This document shows, piece after piece, positions 49,561 through 59,430 of a DNA stretch of 64,000 nucleotides. The notes beneath the pieces were generated by a model. That model did not search any database, was not told the origin of the DNA, and was given only the letters and a program-made list of their open reading frames with translations. The DNA comes from Alphaproteobacteria bacterium (GTDB lineage Bacteria > Pseudomonadota > Alphaproteobacteria > UBA828), in the NCBI GenBank assembly GCA_963422645.2, contig CAXXVO010000004.1, forward strand, positions 192,001 through 256,000, written 5' to 3'. Within the stretch, counting starts at the first letter, position 1. Each line of letters begins with the position of its first letter. A program made the translations under genes and the position numbers.

Positions 49561-51169
49561 GGCAAGGCCGTTGCCGCATGCGCCCCCGCTTGCCGACGAC
49601 GAGGCTCTGCGGCGGCGGATCGCGGCGCTGGAACAGGCGCTGGCCGAGGCCAGGCGCGCCCGGGACATCGGCCGCACCTCGGAGGACAGGTTCCGCTCAC
49701 TCTTCGACATGAGCCGGGACGGGATCGTGTTCGTCGATCTCGAAGGCCACATCGAGGAGATGAACCAGGCCTATCTCGACCTTGTCGGCTACGGCCGAGA
49801 CGAGATCTCCACGCACACCTATCAGGACCTCACGCCCGAGAAGTGGCGCGCCGGCGAGGCGGAGATCATCGAGACGCAGGTGATGCAGCGCGGCTTCTCG
49901 GACGAGTACGAGAAGGAATACGTGCGCAAGGATGGCTCCATCGCGCCGATCAGCCTGCGCACCATCCTGGTGCGGGACCTGGACGGGCGGCCGGTCCGCT
50001 TCATGGGCATCGTCCGCGACATCACCGAGCTGAAGGAGAAGGAGGAGGCGCTCAGGGCGTCCGAGAAACGCTATCGGAGCCTCTTCGACCTGAGCCACGA
50101 CGGCGTGGTCTTCGTCGGCCTCGACGGCCCCATCGAGGAGGCGAACGACGCCTACCTCGACATGGTGGGCTATGACCTCGACGAACTCATCGGCGTGACC
50201 TATCAGCAGCTCACACCGGTCCGCTGGGCGGCGATGGAGGCCGAGATCGTCGATCAGCAGCTCATGTCGCGCGGCTACACCGACGAGTACGAGAAGGAGT
50301 ACATCCGCAAGGAAGGCTCGGTTTTCCCGGTCGCCGTCCGCTCCATCCTCGTGCGTGACGACGCGGGCACGCCGGTGCGGATCATGGGGATCGTGCGCGA
50401 CATCACCGAGCAGAAGCAGGCCAAGGAGGCGCTGGAGCGCCATGCGCGCGACCTCGCCCGCTCCAACGAGGAGCTCGAGCAGTTCGCCTACGTTGCCTCC
50501 CACGACCTGCAGGAGCCGCTGCGCAAGATCAGGGCCTTCGGCGCCCTGCTCGCGGAGGAGAAGCAGGAGAGCCTGGACGAGGAAGGGCGCCAGTACATCG
50601 ACTTCATGACCGATGCGGCGGCCCGGATGCAGACCCTGGTGAGTGACCTTCTGGCCCTCTCTCGGGTCACCACGGCGGCGCAGCCCTTCAAGGACTTGCC
50701 TCTGAGCAAGGTGTTCGACACCGTGCTCTCGGATCTCTCCGTGTCGCTGGACGAGGCCGAGGGCCATGTAGAGGTCGCCGAGGTGCCGACGATCGAGGCG
50801 GACCGCACCCAGATGGATCAACTCTTTCGCAACCTCGTTGGCAACGCGCTGAAGTTCCGCAAGCCGGGCGTCGCGCCGCGCGTCACTGTCCGCATGGCGG
50901 TCGAGGCAAAGCCGCTCCCCGCGATCCCGGGGCCCGCACACACCATCGTCGTGGCAGACAACGGCATCGGCTTCGAACCGTCGCAGGGCAGCAAGCTCTT
51001 CCAGCCCTTCAAGCGGTTGCACGCGCGCCACCAGTACGAGGGTGCCGGTATCGGCCTTGCGATCTGCGAGAAGATCGTCCTGCGCCATCACGGCCGGATC
51101 ACCGCGGCCGGCACACCGGGCGAGGGCGCCACCTTCACGGTGACGCTGCCCCGCCGGCAGCCTCGATGA
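49550..51169 (+). CDS. Cytoplasmic PAS-PAS sensor histidine kinase
   Basis: Two PAS/PAC repeats ending RDITE; H-box YVASHDLQEPLR; NL.GNALKF, DNGIGF, F.RLH, GIGLAIC. Confidence 0.94.
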   Translation: MTAEARPLPHAPPLADDEALRRRIAALEQALAEARRARDIGRTSEDRFRSLFDMSRDGIVFVDLEGHIEEMNQAYLDLVGYGRDEISTHTYQDLTPEKWRAGEAEIIETQVMQRGFSDEYEKEYVRKDGSIAPISLRTILVRDLDGRPVRFMGIVRDITELKEKEEALRASEKRYRSLFDLSHDGVVFVGLDGPIEEANDAYLDMVGYDLDELIGVTYQQLTPVRWAAMEAEIVDQQLMSRGYTDEYEKEYIRKEGSVFPVAVRSILVRDDAGTPVRIMGIVRDITEQKQAKEALERHARDLARSNEELEQFAYVASHDLQEPLRKIRAFGALLAEEKQESLDEEGRQYIDFMTDAAARMQTLVSDLLALSRVTTAAQPFKDLPLSKVFDTVLSDLSVSLDEAEGHVEVAEVPTIEADRTQMDQLFRNLVGNALKFRKPGVAPRVTVRMAVEAKPLPAIPGPAHTIVVADNGIGFEPSQGSKLFQPFKRLHARHQYEGAGIGLAICEKIVLRHHGRITAAGTPGEGATFTVTLPRRQPR

Positions 51170-51176
51170 GACGTCG

Positions 51177-52100
51177 ATGAGCGCCCCGCCCGGCACCAAG
51201 CCGGTCCTGATCCTGATGGCGGACGACGATCCCGAGGATTGCCTGCTCACCAAGAAGACATTGCAGAAGGCGCGGCTCGGCAACGAGCTGCGCTTCGTGC
51301 AGGATGGCCAGGAGCTGCTGGATTACCTCGGGCGGAGCGGCAAGTTCTCCGGTTCTGCTTCCTCGCCGCGCCCGGACCTGATCCTGCTCGACCTCAACAT
51401 GCCCAACATGGCGGGGCTCGACTCGCTCTGGGAGATCAACCTCAAGCCGGCGCTGAGAAAGATACCGATCGTCATTCTCACGGCCTCCGAGGCCAGCCTG
51501 GATATCTCCGACAGCTACAATCTCGGCGCCTACGCCTATCTCGTGAAGCCCGTGACCCTCGCCAAGCTGCACGAGGCCGTGCTGCGGCTGAAGAGCTGCA
51601 GCTACGAGCTAGCGGTGCCTGCGGGCCCGGGCGACGCGGTGCGGCCTGCGGTCATCGTCATGGCGGACGACGACCCGGAGCATTGTCTGCAGGCGACCAA
51701 GACGCTCCAGGCTGCGGGCCTCGGCAACGCGCTCACCTATGTGACCAATGGCGCCGCGCTGTTGAACCAATTGCACGGACGGCATGTCCGCGGCGACGGC
51801 ACGCCCGCACCGCGGCCGGATCTCGTCATTCTCGACCCCGGCCTGCAACAGACGGAAGGACGCCATGCGCTCGCCGAGATCGCCGACACGCCGGCGCTCC
51901 GCGACCTGCCGGTGATCCTGCTGGGAGGGTCCAAGGGCGACCGTGCCGGCCTGCCCTGGGCGGGGACGGTGGAGCCGGTCTTCATCGACCAGCCGATCGA
52001 TTTCATCGCGTTCGCAGGTGCCGTCGCGGCCTTCCCGTCGCTTGCGCTGCGACTCGTGACCAAAGCCGAGGGGCCGGCCGGCACAGCCGGCGCCGCCTAG
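51177..52100 (+). CDS. Tandem receiver-domain response regulator
   Basis: REC1 ADDD/LLDLNMP/LT.S/KP is intact; REC2 ADDD/ILDPG lacks the conserved T and K. Confidence 0.85.
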   Translation: MSAPPGTKPVLILMADDDPEDCLLTKKTLQKARLGNELRFVQDGQELLDYLGRSGKFSGSASSPRPDLILLDLNMPNMAGLDSLWEINLKPALRKIPIVILTASEASLDISDSYNLGAYAYLVKPVTLAKLHEAVLRLKSCSYELAVPAGPGDAVRPAVIVMADDDPEHCLQATKTLQAAGLGNALTYVTNGAALLNQLHGRHVRGDGTPAPRPDLVILDPGLQQTEGRHALAEIADTPALRDLPVILLGGSKGDRAGLPWAGTVEPVFIDQPIDFIAFAGAVAAFPSLALRLVTKAEGPAGTAGAA

Positions 52101-52117
52101 ACGCCGGGAGAGGGAGG

Positions 52118-52570
52118 ATGGCGAGAGCCGAGACAAGCGAGCGCACCGTCCTCCTCATGGCAGACGACGACCCTGCCGACTGCCTGCTTACCGAGAAGGC
52201 GCTGCGCCGGGCGGAGGTCACCTGCCCGCTCTATGTCGTCCACGACGGCGCCGAGTTGCTGGACTATCTCAAACGCCGCGGCGACTACGCCGACCCGGAA
52301 GCGGCCCCCCGGCCGAGCCTTATCCTGCTCGACCTCAACATGCCGAAGATCAACGGGACCGAGGTGCTGGAGCAGCTGCGCGACGAGCCGGAGCTCCGCC
52401 ACATCCCTGTGGTGGTGCTCACGACCTCCGACGAGGAGCGGGATATAGCGGCGAGCTACGCGCTCGGCGCCAACGCCTACCTGGTCAAGCCCTCGGCCTT
52501 CGACGAGATGGTCTCGGTGGCGCAGATCGTAAAGGCCCACTGGCTGGAGACGGTGCGCCTACCGCCTTGA
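52118..52570 (+). CDS. Single-domain response regulator (Rcp1-like)
   Basis: GGGAGG RBS then MARAETSERTVLLMADDD, LLDLNMPKING, LTTS, SY.LGANAYLVKP. Confidence 0.92.
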   Translation: MARAETSERTVLLMADDDPADCLLTEKALRRAEVTCPLYVVHDGAELLDYLKRRGDYADPEAAPRPSLILLDLNMPKINGTEVLEQLRDEPELRHIPVVVLTTSDEERDIAASYALGANAYLVKPSAFDEMVSVAQIVKAHWLETVRLPP

Positions 52571-52782
52571 GCGATCGCCGCCCTCGTCCAGTTCCTCTTC
52601 AAGTTCGGCGAGGCGTTCGAGTATCCGGCGAACGTAGCCGGCTTCGATCATGTGGCCCCACCAGCCATCGCTGAAGCGTTGGCCCCGCAGGACGCAGGAG
52701 AGCGTGGCCCGTACCTGCGGCAGGGTTGCGGCCGTGATCGCCTCCTCGCTCTCGATCAGTTTCTTCGCGTCTTCAGGCACAT
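52559..52782 (-). pseudogene. DUF6508-like gene, 5'-truncated at the element end
   Basis: LRGQRFSDGWWG.MIE.G.VRRILERL resembles DUF6508; host sequence stops at the TG end at 52783. Confidence 0.55.
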
Positions 52783-53524
52783 TGTAGCCGGCCGAAAGTC
52801 TTTGCGAATCGCGGCCGGAAGTCTTTGCGAATGGCCTGGAAAATCGGCTGGTTTTCGGGGCTGAACCGGGCTGGAAAAACCGGCCTGTGCATGGGCCATG
52901 AAGGAGCGCTGCGCGGGGGGTTCAGGGCCCGTGCACGGGCGGTGCGTGAGGGTTTCAGGCGCGGTCGGGACCGGGGCGGGCGCCGGGGCGGCACGGGCGT
53001 TCGAGTTCGGCCTTCCACCATTCGGGGTCTTCGACGGCGCGTTCTGCGGCGTCGTATCCGTCGTGACCGGTCCATCTTCCGGGGTCGGCGTCGGCGTACC
53101 ATCGGCCTGCGCCGCGGTGTCGTTCGAGGGCGTCGTCGATGCGGGCGATCCCGTCCGCCGGGCGTCCCCGGCAGAAGCGCTCGAAGAAGGCGTTGAGGCG
53201 GCATCGGGGGCAGCGTCCGCAGGGCTCTGCCGCGACGGTGCATCGCCAGGTGAGCGCCTCCAGCCCGGGCGGGAGCAGGGCCTGGAGCATGAAGCGCCCG
53301 GCGACGGGTCCGAAGGGGTCGTCCCGCGACGGCGGCCACTGCGCGCCGTCCTCCCAGCCGGGGAAGAAGGGGAGTTCCATGGGGACGGCGGTGCGCGCGC
53401 GGTAGGCCGGATGCCAGTACATGCGGTGCATGTCGTCGGCGGTGTCCCACGAGGTGATGCCGAGCATCACCCGGTCGGCGCGGTGCCGTTCGGCCTCGTC
53501 GGCGTGGGTTGCGTACCGGTCGAG
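52783..53524 (+). repeat. Left arm of ~740-bp inverted repeat
   Basis: Reverse complement of 59428-60171 with scattered substitutions and a small indel; contains the terminal sites and the 3' two-thirds of the QueC-like gene. Confidence 0.95.
52789..52832 (+). promoter_or_regulatory. Tandem putative transposase-binding sites
   Basis: CGGCCGAAAGTCTTTGCGAAT (52789-52809) and CGGCCGGAAGTCTTTGCGAAT (52812-52832), 23-bp period, 6 bp inside the terminus; mirrored at about 60122-60165. Confidence 0.7.
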
Positions 53525-53839
53525 GCCCCAGGGACCGAAGGTGGGGTCGCAGACGCCCTCCCACCCTCTCCCGTCCCTGATCGGGTATCCGGCGCCGGCG
53601 TCGAGGTCGAGGCGCAGGGCGTCGCGCGACACGTGGCGCACGGGCCGGACGTTGCGGGAGAGCCAGTCTGCGACGGCCTCGCTTGCGGCCTGCCCGCGGG
53701 CGATGCGCTCCGGCAGCTCGCGGGCGGGTTCGCGGTAGCAGGAGAGGACGACCTCGTCTTCGGTCTCGCGCAGGACGAGGAGGGCGAGGGCGGTGCTGTC
53801 GATGCCGCCGCCTGCGGGGACGAGGGTGCGTCTTGGCAT
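52955..53839 (-). CDS. QueC-like PP-loop ATP pyrophosphatase-family protein
   Basis: N-terminal TLVPAGGGIDSTA (SGGxDS variant), central ADRVMLG, C-terminal TWRC-x6-CGRCPRC zinc cluster as in QueC. Confidence 0.72.
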   Translation of the reverse strand: MPRRTLVPAGGGIDSTALALLVLRETEDEVVLSCYREPARELPERIARGQAASEAVADWLSRNVRPVRHVSRDALRLDLDAGAGYPIRDGRGWEGVCDPTFGPWGLDRYATHADEAERHRADRVMLGITSWDTADDMHRMYWHPAYRARTAVPMELPFFPGWEDGAQWPPSRDDPFGPVAGRFMLQALLPPGLEALTWRCTVAAEPCGRCPRCRLNAFFERFCRGRPADGIARIDDALERHRGAGRWYADADPGRWTGHDGYDAAERAVEDPEWWKAELERPCRPGARPGPDRA

Positions 53840-53840
53840 C

Positions 53841-54527
53841 CTAGCCCCACTCGATGACGATATAGCCGGCGGAGACCGGGGAGGGCACGGTGAGCTGGGT
53901 GTGTCGGCTGACGCCGCTTGCGCCGGCGGGGGCGGAGGAGGTTCCGTCTGCGCCGTCTGCGCCGTTGCGTCCGTAGACCGCTCTCTTGCCGCCCTTGCCG
54001 CCGCGCGCCGTGCCGCCGAGGACGGCGGTGTTGCTGCCGTCGCCGCCGTCCCTCAATCGCGCTCCGTCCACGCCGTTGTCTCCCACGGTCAAGCTGTAGG
54101 AGGTGCCCGGCGAGACCGCGATCTCGAAGTAGATGAAGCCGCCGTCGCCGCCCCGCAACTGCACGCGCACGCGGGTCACGCCCGCGGGCGCGCGCCAGTA
54201 CCCGGAGCCGGGCGTGGTGAAGGTCTTGCGCCCGCGCGGCGTGGGCCGGGGCGCCGGCTCGGGCGCGGGACGCGGCGGCGCCGTGCGCTCGCTGAGGTTG
54301 GCCAGCCGCGTGCGCTCGGCCGCGCTGAACACCTCGCCCCGCATCTGGCGGAAGGGGTGCAGGCCGGAGCCGTCGAGGGTGGCGACGCCGCCCGGATCGC
54401 CGAAGGCGTCGATCATGGCGTTGATTGTGTCGGCCATGGCCTTGATGGCGGCGCGGGCGTGGGCGGGCGAATCGCTGCCCTGGTCGAGGTGGGTGGTGTC
54501 GATCTTCCGGGTGGGCCATGCGGTCAT
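53841..54527 (-). CDS. Putative phage tail fibre protein with glycine-rich C-terminal domain
   Basis: Follows the tail-tip gene; MTAWPT..IDTTHLD.GSDSP..AR..IK, GVATLDGSG, TFTTPGS..W..PAGVT.V.V, AVSPG.SY.LTVG, G...IEW. Confidence 0.6.
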   Translation of the reverse strand: MTAWPTRKIDTTHLDQGSDSPAHARAAIKAMADTINAMIDAFGDPGGVATLDGSGLHPFRQMRGEVFSAAERTRLANLSERTAPPRPAPEPAPRPTPRGRKTFTTPGSGYWRAPAGVTRVRVQLRGGDGGFIYFEIAVSPGTSYSLTVGDNGVDGARLRDGGDGSNTAVLGGTARGGKGGKRAVYGRNGADGADGTSSAPAGASGVSRHTQLTVPSPVSAGYIVIEWG

Positions 54528-54548
54528 GGAGCTTCCTTTCGCGATCGC

Positions 54549-57500
54549 TCAGCCCGCCGGCGCGGCGATATGGGCGCGGGCGAGGCCGAAGCAGAGGTAT
54601 CTGACGGTGGGGAGTTGCCCGCGCTCCCAGGTCCAGGTCCACTCGACCTGGACCATGCGTCCTGCAATCCCGTCCCCGGCGGCGTAGCCGGTCCAGGCGG
54701 CGGAGGCGAGGTCGTCTCGGAAGTCGGCGGCGCGCACGCGCACCGTCGGCTGGACGGCGGCGTCGGAGTCCCAGGCGAGCACCGAGACGACGCCGTCCTG
54801 GCCGAGGTCTGCCGGCATGGAGGTGTAGACGGTGGGCTCGGCCGCCCAGGCCGCGCCGGGGAGCGCCCATCCGGTCCAGGCGTCCCAGGTGGTGAGGCCG
54901 CGCCAGGCGTAGTCGGCGGCGCCGGTGGCGGGATCGGCCCAGGAGAAGTCGAGGGCCGCGCCGGCGAGCGTGCCGCGGGTCCATCCCTCGGCGCTGGGGC
55001 AGGCCCAGAACAGGCTCTCGCCCCGGCGCTGGGCGCCGAGGCGCGCGGTGACGCGGCTCTCGGGGCCGTAGCGCCCGCCGGTGTCGAGGGCGCGGAAGGA
55101 GAAGAGCCAGTCGCCGGCGGCGGGCTCGACGGCCTCCCAGGGGCTTGCGGTGAGCCATCCGCGGTGGATCGCGCGCAGCTCTTCCCACGGCGTGCCCGGG
55201 TCTGCGGGATACGCCGGCGCGGGTCCGTATCTGATGCGGACGCCGAGCAGGTCGGGGTCGGCCGGCTCGGCCCAGCGGAAGCGCCGGGTTCCGTCGCCGA
55301 GGCGCTCGACGTGGGCCTCGCCGACGGCGCCGGGGGGCGTGCGCAGGCCGCGGATCGTATATGCGATGCGGTGCCGCGGGCCGCCGCCGCGGGGCAGGAC
55401 GACGATCTCGATCCAGCCCTCGGGCGGGCTGGTCCAGCGCGCCTCCGTGTCGCCGCCGTCGAGGCTGGCGACGGTGCGCATGGGCCGGCGCTCCCACGAC
55501 GCGCGGACCTCGGCGCCGCGCCAGTCGCCGGCGACGGTGAGGGAGAGCGCGATCTCGACGAGGAAGGCGGCGCCGACGCGGATCAGGGTCTCGGTGACGG
55601 TGGCGTGCAGGACCCGCGGCAGATTGCGCCGTATCTGCGGCAGATCGACCGAGAGGTCGGCGGTGGCGGCAGCGTAGTAGGCGCCGAGCTCGTCGACGGC
55701 CTCGAGGCGCACCCGGTCCCCGGATCTGGGGCTGACGCCCACGACCTTCACCCTCGCCGGCCCGGCGCCTGCGGGATAGAGGCGCCAGAGCGTGTCGACG
55801 GGCTCGCCGATTCCGTCCTCCGGCGCGGGTGTCGTCCACACGCGGGCGGTTTCGGCGCCGTTCGCGCGCGCGCCGGAGCCGGGCGGGCCGGCATGGGCGC
55901 GCACGGTCTCGAGCGCCCCTTCGGGCCGGCGCAGCATCAGCCAGTCGGTCCCCGCCGCGCCGGCGATCCGCACGGCGCGGTCGAGGGTGCATCCGTCGTC
56001 GTGCAGGGCGACGAGCCGGCCCGTGCGGCCCCCGTCGAGCAGGCCGTGGCTGAGGTGGACCACGTCGCCGCGCCTGATGGAGAGGCCTTCCGGCCCCGTC
56101 TCCCAGGCGATCCGCCGCCGGTGGTAGCGCTGGCGCGCGGCCTGGAGGTTGCACTCCAGGGCGGCCTGTTCGCGCGTCGTGACCCCGGCGAGCGTGAGCG
56201 TGGCGGTGGACGCGGGCGGGTATTCCGCGTCCGGCACGGTGCGGCGCACGGTGTTCCACTGCCAGTCGAGATCGGGGTCGATATAGCGACAGGCGATCTC
56301 GTCCGCGCCGCGGCCTGCGGCCCAGTCCACCTCGAGGGAGCCTGCGACGATGTTGCCGGGGGTTATCATGGCCGTCGCCGGCCTGTCGGCGGCGTCCCAC
56401 ACGACGCCGAGCCGGCCCGACTGCCAGGAGGGCGCGGCGCGGCCGCAGCGGGCGATCGTCTCGATCACGCGGGCGTGGCCGATTGCGCGGTCCAGCACCA
56501 GGTCGCAGCGCAGCGGCGGGTCGTGGGCCGCGATCCAGTCGTGCCAGGCGCCGAGGCCGGCGAGGTCGATGCGGGCGTCGGGCAGGCCGACCCCGGCCAC
56601 GACGCGGCCGTGCACGCGGATGCCGCGCAGGTAGAGCAGCATGAGGGCGGCGGGGTTGGAGGAGTACGCCGCGGGCGCGGCGGACCAGGCGCGCCCGTTC
56701 CAGCGGGGCGCCTTCTGGCGCACCAGCGCGCTCAGCCGGTCGACGGGGCCGGAGAACTGGCCCGAGGCGCGGATGCTCAGGCCCAGCCGCCGCTGGCCGG
56801 TGTAGTCGGTCGCGTCCCTCTGGTAGCTCCTGAGGGCCGCCCAGGTCAGATCGTCGCCCGAGCGGTCGTCGTCCGCCGGCGGGGAGGTGCGGCGCACGCG
56901 GACCTCCCAGCTGCCGTCGCCCGCGAGATCCCAGGCCGCGCCCCAGCGGAATGGCGCGGTCTCGTCGTGGCCCAGCGTCTCCGCGCCGAGCCGCGTCCAG
57001 GCGCCGCCGCCGGCGCGGCGGGCCTCGACGACGATATCGACCTCGCGCCGCTCGGGCCTGCCCTGCCCGTCGAAACCGTAGAGCGCGCCGGCGATGTCCA
57101 CGCCGACCCGGTAGGTGTCGTCGGCGGTGGTGCGCGTCACCCACCCGTCGTCCGCCCCGAGGTCGTCGGCGGCCACCGGCGCGCCGCCGTCCTCGGGCCA
57201 GGCGAGCGCGCCGCCGGCCTCGGTGTCGACGTTGCCGGCGATGCCGTGGACCTCGCCGCCCGGGCGCCAGTCGATCAGGCCGCGGGCGTCGGCCGGCGGC
57301 GCGAGCGTCAGGTGCTCGTAGTCCGTGATCGGGGTGTCGCCGATGCGGAGATCGGCCTCGGCGACCTCGATCGCGCCGAGGCCGAAGTGGAAGATCTGGC
57401 GCAGGATGTGGTCCGGCAGGGCGTCGGCGCCGGAGACGTACTCGGTGTAGGGCCGGGAGCCGAGGTCGGGGAAGATGCGGTGCTCGCCGAGGACCAGCAG

Positions 57501-58075
57501 GAAGGGCTGGTAGGGGCGCTGCGGGTTCCGCCCGCCCGAGATCGAGTAGACCGGGTCGGGCCGGGCGAGGGAGGCCCGGGTGACCTCGGGGATCGCGGGC
57601 GGCACGAGCGCATTCACCAGCAGGGTGCCGCCCACCATGATCAGGGAGCTTCCGAGCGCGGTGGACTGGGCCGCCGTCAGGCCGAGGCCGAGGGCGTCCG
57701 AGATGAAGCCGCCGACCGCTGGCCCGGCCCAGACCGCTGAGCCGGGATCAGGCGGAGCGTGACGATATCGCCGAGGCGGAGCGGGGTCGCGGGCCACGCC
57801 GCGCGCGGGACGGGGGTCCCGTTCAGCTCGACGGCGACCAGGGCGGGGTCGAGCCCGAGCCTGCGCGCCTCGGCCCCGGCGAGGCCGGCGAGGGTCTCGC
57901 CGGGGCGGATCGAGACCCGCCGGGTCTCGCGCCCCTCCGAGGTCAGCGGGTGCGGCCAGGCGTCGAGGGTCACGCCCGCGTGCGCGCGGTCGCGCGATGC
58001 AGGGGCCGTGACCGGGCCGTTCACGGGCGGTGCAAGGGTCGTGCGCGGCCCCTGCACGGGCGGTGAATCGCTCAT
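54549..58075 (-). pseudogene. Phage tail-tip/host-specificity protein (ubiquitin-like I domain plus J-like), frameshifted
   Basis: N-terminal MoaD-like segment (RPGETLA...VELNG.PVPR..W....LRLGDIVTLR) from the ATG at 58075; frame change near 57740; then Y.ISGGRN..RPYQP..LVLGEHRIFPD, IRASGQFSG, SSNPA, CRYIDP...WQ, L.GVT, GDVV.LSH. Confidence 0.8.
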
Positions 58076-58521
58076 ATCCAGATCGTCCACCGATAGATCC
58101 CCGTGGCTTCCAGGCCGCGCGCCTCGAGGCCGCGCAGCGGGTGCAGGACGGTGCCGAGCCCGGCCTGGCAGTGCAGCACGCTCGGCTCGCCGGCGGGCGC
58201 GCACCAGAGCCCGATATGGTGGCCCGCGAGGCGGCGGCGTCCGGCCATGCGCATCAGCACCCCGTCGCCCTCTTCCGGCGTCTCGCCGGCAGCCAGCGTC
58301 CGGGCGTGCTCGCAGGCCAGTGCCCGGACCTGACGGTCGCGGCCGCGCACGCCAGCAGCGCGCGGCGGCGGCTGCCAGGCGCGGCCGAACTCGGCGGCCA
58401 GCACGCAGACCACCAGGTCGACGCAATCGTGGCGGCCCTCCACGTGAGGGCGGCCGAGATAGCGCTCCGTCCAGTGGGTCATGCCAGCCATGCGCGCCGC
58501 GCAGGAGGAATGGCGACGCAT
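58072..58521 (-). CDS. NlpC/P60 phage tail assembly protein (lambda K-like)
   Basis: W.ERYLG.P...G..DC..LV, EGD.VLM, HIGLW, VLHC; overlapping start/stop coupling with both neighbours; alternative start at 58482. Confidence 0.82.
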   Translation of the reverse strand: MRRHSSCAARMAGMTHWTERYLGRPHVEGRHDCVDLVVCVLAAEFGRAWQPPPRAAGVRGRDRQVRALACEHARTLAAGETPEEGDGVLMRMAGRRRLAGHHIGLWCAPAGEPSVLHCQAGLGTVLHPLRGLEARGLEATGIYRWTIWI

Positions 58522-59430
58522 CAGAACAGGCCCGGGCTGGTCTGGGGGTCGTGACGCATGAGCACGGCCGGTCTGTCCAGGAGCGGATCGAAGCCCAGGC
58601 GCACGGTGACGCGCTCCTGGTCGACGCGGACGTGGAGCACGTCCAGCGTCACCTCCCACTCGATGCTGCGGGTCGCACGCACGCACTGCATCACGCGCAC
58701 CGTGGCGCCCGCGCCGCCGCCGGCCGCCTCGATCCACTGGGTGAGGTCGCGGCCGACGTTGTCGATCCAGAGCTCCGCCGCCGGCTGGCGGCCCTCCACG
58801 TCGTCGGCCAGCCGCGCGCCGAATCGGAGCGCCGCGTAGCGCCGCCCGTCGATCTCGAGGTCGACGGCGTCGTTCACGACGCGCAGCGCGTCGACCAGCA
58901 GCGGGTGGCGGATCTCCAGGCAGGCCACGACGACGTCCCGGGGCGAGGCGGCCCGCTGCGCGAGCGCGTAGCGCATGGCCGGGGTGACGATCCTCTCGGG
59001 CGTCGCCGAAACCTCGTCCGACGCCGCGCCGGGGCCGCCTGCGCCCACCATGCGGAGGCGGAAGGCCCAGGCCCGCCCGTTGCGCAGCCCCGTTACGGTG
59101 TGGCCCGTCGTGCCGGCGCCGCTGCCGGGGATATCGGTCCAGGCGCTCCAGGCGCCCGCGCCCGCCCGGTACTGCACCTGCCAGCCGGCCAGGGTGGCGA
59201 TGCCCGGATCGTCCCAGGAGAGCGCGACCTCGCCGTCGCCGGCGACGGCCGCGAGGCCCGCGGGCGCCGGCAGAACCGGCGGCGTCGCCGAAACCTCGGC
59301 AGACGCCGCGCCGGGGCCGCCCGCGCCCACCATGCGGAGGCGGAAGGCGTGGGCCCGCCCGTTCCGCAGCCCCGTTACGGTGTGGCCCGTCGTGCCGGCG
59401 CCGCTGCCGGGGATATCGGTCCAGGCGCTC
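58521..59430 (-). pseudogene. FN3-repeat/DUF1833 tail protein fusion, 5'-truncated
   Basis: About 1.5 FN3 domains (PAPAGL.A.AGDGEV.LSW...WQVQYR...HTVTGL.NG....FRLR) in frame with LEIRHP...LRVVND..DL...G..Y...F...L.IDNVGR.L..WIE...PGLF; no start, cut at 59430. Confidence 0.78.
58999..59430. repeat. 150-bp near-identical direct repeat, 282-bp period (FN3 duplication)
   Basis: 58999-59148 matches 59281-59430 (GGCGTCGCCGAAACCTCG...GGTCCAGGCGCTC). Confidence 0.93.

Noticed and set aside
53467-57740. Very long ORFs 53467-57144 (-) and 53793-57740 (+)
   Set aside because: Arg/Pro/Gly-rich shadow frames of the tail-tip gene caused by very high GC; no recognisable motifs
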